A program made the position numbers and the translations under genes. DNA of 14,742 nucleotides, from positions 1 to 14,742 of the forward strand of contig JANLOX010000349.1 in NCBI GenBank assembly GCA_031366795.1, read 5' to 3'. This document shows positions 12,584 through 14,742 of this stretch, in pieces. The DNA comes from Candidatus Eiseniibacteriota bacterium. Lineage in GTDB: Bacteria; Eisenbacteria; RBG-16-71-46. The notes beneath the pieces were generated by a model, which made no database searches, was not told the DNA's origin, and worked only from the letters and a program-made list of their open reading frames with translations. Position 1 is the stretch's first letter; the number at the start of each line of letters is the position of its first letter.

Positions 12584-14742
12584 TTGAAGTCCATCCAATT
12601 GCGTCATTCGCTCACCGCCGGCTTCGCCTTCGTGGCCGGCGCGAGCCTGCTGCTCTACCTGACCCACAGCGCGACGGTATTCGAGATCGGCCGCTTTTCC
12701 GGCCCCGCGCTGGCGGTCTGGCTCGTACTCATCGCGGTCGGCGCGTTGTCCCCTCTGCCCCTGGGCCGCGGCGACGGCACGCTCAGCCTGACCGCGGCGC
12801 TCGACATCGCGGCGGTGCTGCTGTTCGGGCCGGCCGGCGCTTGCTGGATCGCGACGTTATCGCGGCTGATCCAGTCCGCTGTCGAGGGGTGGAATCCGAT
12901 GCTGCCTGGGATCTCCCGGTTGGGCGAGGCCATGCTTGCCGTTGGGGTCACGGGTATCGTCTACCAGGCGCTCGGCGGGAAGACGGGTGCTGGGCTGGTG
13001 GTTGATCGCGGGCAGGTGATTGCGATTCCCAGTGCGTGCGGTGTGTACCTGCTGCTCAAGCACGGATTGTCGATCGCCCTGTTGCAGGAACAATGGCGGC
13101 GCGCGAAGGGTGATTCGGTGTTCCGCCGGTTCGTCACCACGTTCCCGGGCGACCTGATCATCACGCCGTTCGGGGTGCTGCTGGCGTACACGCAGAGCTC
13201 GGTCGGAGCCCTCGGCGTCGCATTATTCCTCGTGCCGCTGCTGCTGGCCCGCTACTACTTCAACCACTGGATCGACACCAAGCGGCACCTCTCCTCGATC
13301 ATGCGCACCATGATGGCCACCGTCGACGCCGCCGATCCGCTGACCTGGGGACATTCCGACCGCATTTCGCGCATGGCGGTGTCGGTCGGCCGCAAACTCG
13401 GCATGTCGAAGCCGGACCTCGAGGACCTGGAAAACGCGGCGCTGTTGCACGACATCGGCCGCACCGCGATCCTGCGCGAAGTCCTCACGAAGCCGGGCAA
13501 GCTGTCGACGAACGAGCGTTCGGCACTGCTGTCACACCCGACGATCGGACGTGACATCGTGGACGGTTTCCACCTGTTCGGCGCGGCCGCGGAAATCGTG
13601 CACGCGCACCACGAGCAACCCGATGGTAAGGGTTACCCGCGCGGGCTCGCCGGCGATGAGATCCCGCTCGGCAGCAAGATTCTCATGGCCGTGGCTGCGT
13701 TCGACGCCATGACGTCCGACCGGCCCTACCGGCAGGGCCTGTCCCCGGAGGCGGCGATCGAGGAGTTGTTGGCGCATTCCGGCACGCAATTCCATCCGGC
13801 GGCCGTCGAGGCGCTGATCCAGCGCTATTCGAGTGGTGAACTCTTCGCGGATTTCCCCGAGGACCAGCTCGCGATGTACGAGAACGGCAGGGGAAGTTCA
13901 CGTGCGCTGGCCGAGTATCTCGCCCATCGCAGCGTTGCGAACCCAGTGCCCGAGAAGCGCGATGCAATAGTCACTTCCGATGAGGCGCCTGCCCGCCACC
14001 CCGCAGTGCTCGAGTTGCCCGCATCGGTCGCCACCGCCGAGTCGCAGACGTTGCGGGTGCGAATGGGTGGACACGCCGAGGCCTGGCTCGATGTGGTCGG
14101 GCGGAGCGATGTCGGGCGTGTTCGCAACAACAACGAAGACAGCATGATCCTGCGCGACTATTCCGCGGAGGCGCGAGGCTGCCTGTTGCTCGTGGCCGAT
14201 GGCATGGGTGGAGCCGCGGCGGGCGAAGTCGCGAGCCGGCTTGCGGTCGAGGTCATCGAGTCCGTCTATTCGTCCTCGCGCTCGGGCAACGCGTGCGGCA
14301 TGGCGCTCGAACGCGCGATCAAGGCGGCCAATGGCGCCGTCTATGCCTGCTCGCATGCGGACAGCGCCGTGGGCGGCATGGGAACCACGTGCGCCGCCGC
14401 GATCGTCGCGGGTGGAGAGTTGTACGTCTCGCATGTCGGTGATAGTCGCGTGTACGTGATGCGCTCCGGCGCATTGGAGCAGATCACGCAGGATCACTCA
14501 CTGGCTGCCGAGTTGGTCGCGACTGGTAATTCCGCATCGCAAGGGTCGCATCACCTGCTCACGCGCTCGCTCGGCGCGCAGGATGACGTCGAAGTCGACA
14601 CGATTGAAGACCCCATCCATCTCGAAGCAGGTAGCGTGATCTTGCTGTGCACCGACGGCCTCACGAACATGATCGAGGATCACGAGCTGCAGGAGATCCT
14701 CTCGAGCGAGCCGCCCGCCGAGGCCGCCGAGACGCTGATCGA
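12584..14742 (+). CDS. Fusion of multi-TM membrane domain, HD-GYP-like domain and PP2C (PPM/Stp1-type) phosphatase; partial, runs off right edge
   Basis: Absent from the ORF track because there is no stop in the window. Hand translation from TTG 12584 (AAGGAG RBS) is open for 719 codons: MKSIQLRHSLTAGFAFV..., several hydrophobic helices, DPLTWGHS, LHDIGR, HHEQPDGKGYP, FDAMTSDRPYR, then SDVGRVRNNNEDS, VADGMGG, GMGTT, HVGDSRVY, TQDHS and LCTDGL. Confidence 0.9.
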   Translation, partial: MKSIQLRHSLTAGFAFVAGASLLLYLTHSATVFEIGRFSGPALAVWLVLIAVGALSPLPLGRGDGTLSLTAALDIAAVLLFGPAGACWIATLSRLIQSAVEGWNPMLPGISRLGEAMLAVGVTGIVYQALGGKTGAGLVVDRGQVIAIPSACGVYLLLKHGLSIALLQEQWRRAKGDSVFRRFVTTFPGDLIITPFGVLLAYTQSSVGALGVALFLVPLLLARYYFNHWIDTKRHLSSIMRTMMATVDAADPLTWGHSDRISRMAVSVGRKLGMSKPDLEDLENAALLHDIGRTAILREVLTKPGKLSTNERSALLSHPTIGRDIVDGFHLFGAAAEIVHAHHEQPDGKGYPRGLAGDEIPLGSKILMAVAAFDAMTSDRPYRQGLSPEAAIEELLAHSGTQFHPAAVEALIQRYSSGELFADFPEDQLAMYENGRGSSRALAEYLAHRSVANPVPEKRDAIVTSDEAPARHPAVLELPASVATAESQTLRVRMGGHAEAWLDVVGRSDVGRVRNNNEDSMILRDYSAEARGCLLLVADGMGGAAAGEVASRLAVEVIESVYSSSRSGNACGMALERAIKAANGAVYACSHADSAVGGMGTTCAAAIVAGGELYVSHVGDSRVYVMRSGALEQITQDHSLAAELVATGNSASQGSHHLLTRSLGAQDDVEVDTIEDPIHLEAGSVILLCTDGLTNMIEDHELQEILSSEPPAEAAETLI

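Noticed and set aside
11725..13005. 426-aa plus-strand ORF spanning the divergent promoter region
   Set aside because: Antisense to the GAF/HD-GYP gene and out of frame with the real gene starting at 12584; no motifs.

Overview
High-GC bacterial chromosomal window. Left part: the 3' end of a probable rsmE gene, then a ~1.9 kb insertion sequence (152-2066; DUF6788-like accessory ORF plus DDE transposase, imperfect 17-bp terminal inverted repeats), tRNA-Gln(CTG) and tRNA-Glu(CTC). A minus-strand two-gene unit follows, encoding a small exported protein with an FlgD-Ig/T9SS-like C-terminal domain and a large Gly-rich PKD/DUF1565-type putative lipoprotein. Right part (5851 to end) is a signalling cluster. 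It holds an FHA-TM protein, a HEAT-repeat Ser/Thr kinase, two tandem PilT-family ATPases, a convergent GAF/HD-GYP protein, and a gene missing from the ORF track (12584 to beyond 14742) that fuses a multi-TM region, a degenerate HD-GYP domain and a PP2C phosphatase. Two hidden patterns tie the cluster together. First, each of its three transcription units is preceded by a near-identical sigma28-family promoter motif (CTCA[A/G][C/G]-N14/15-[G/T]CCGA[T/C]A). Second, all four complete soluble proteins end in Ala-Ala, a ClpXP-type degron. The proposed reading (inference) is a sigma28-controlled, proteolytically reset circuit linking Thr phosphorylation and cyclic dinucleotide signalling to pilus retraction motors. 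All family calls come from motif recognition by eye; no database search was run.
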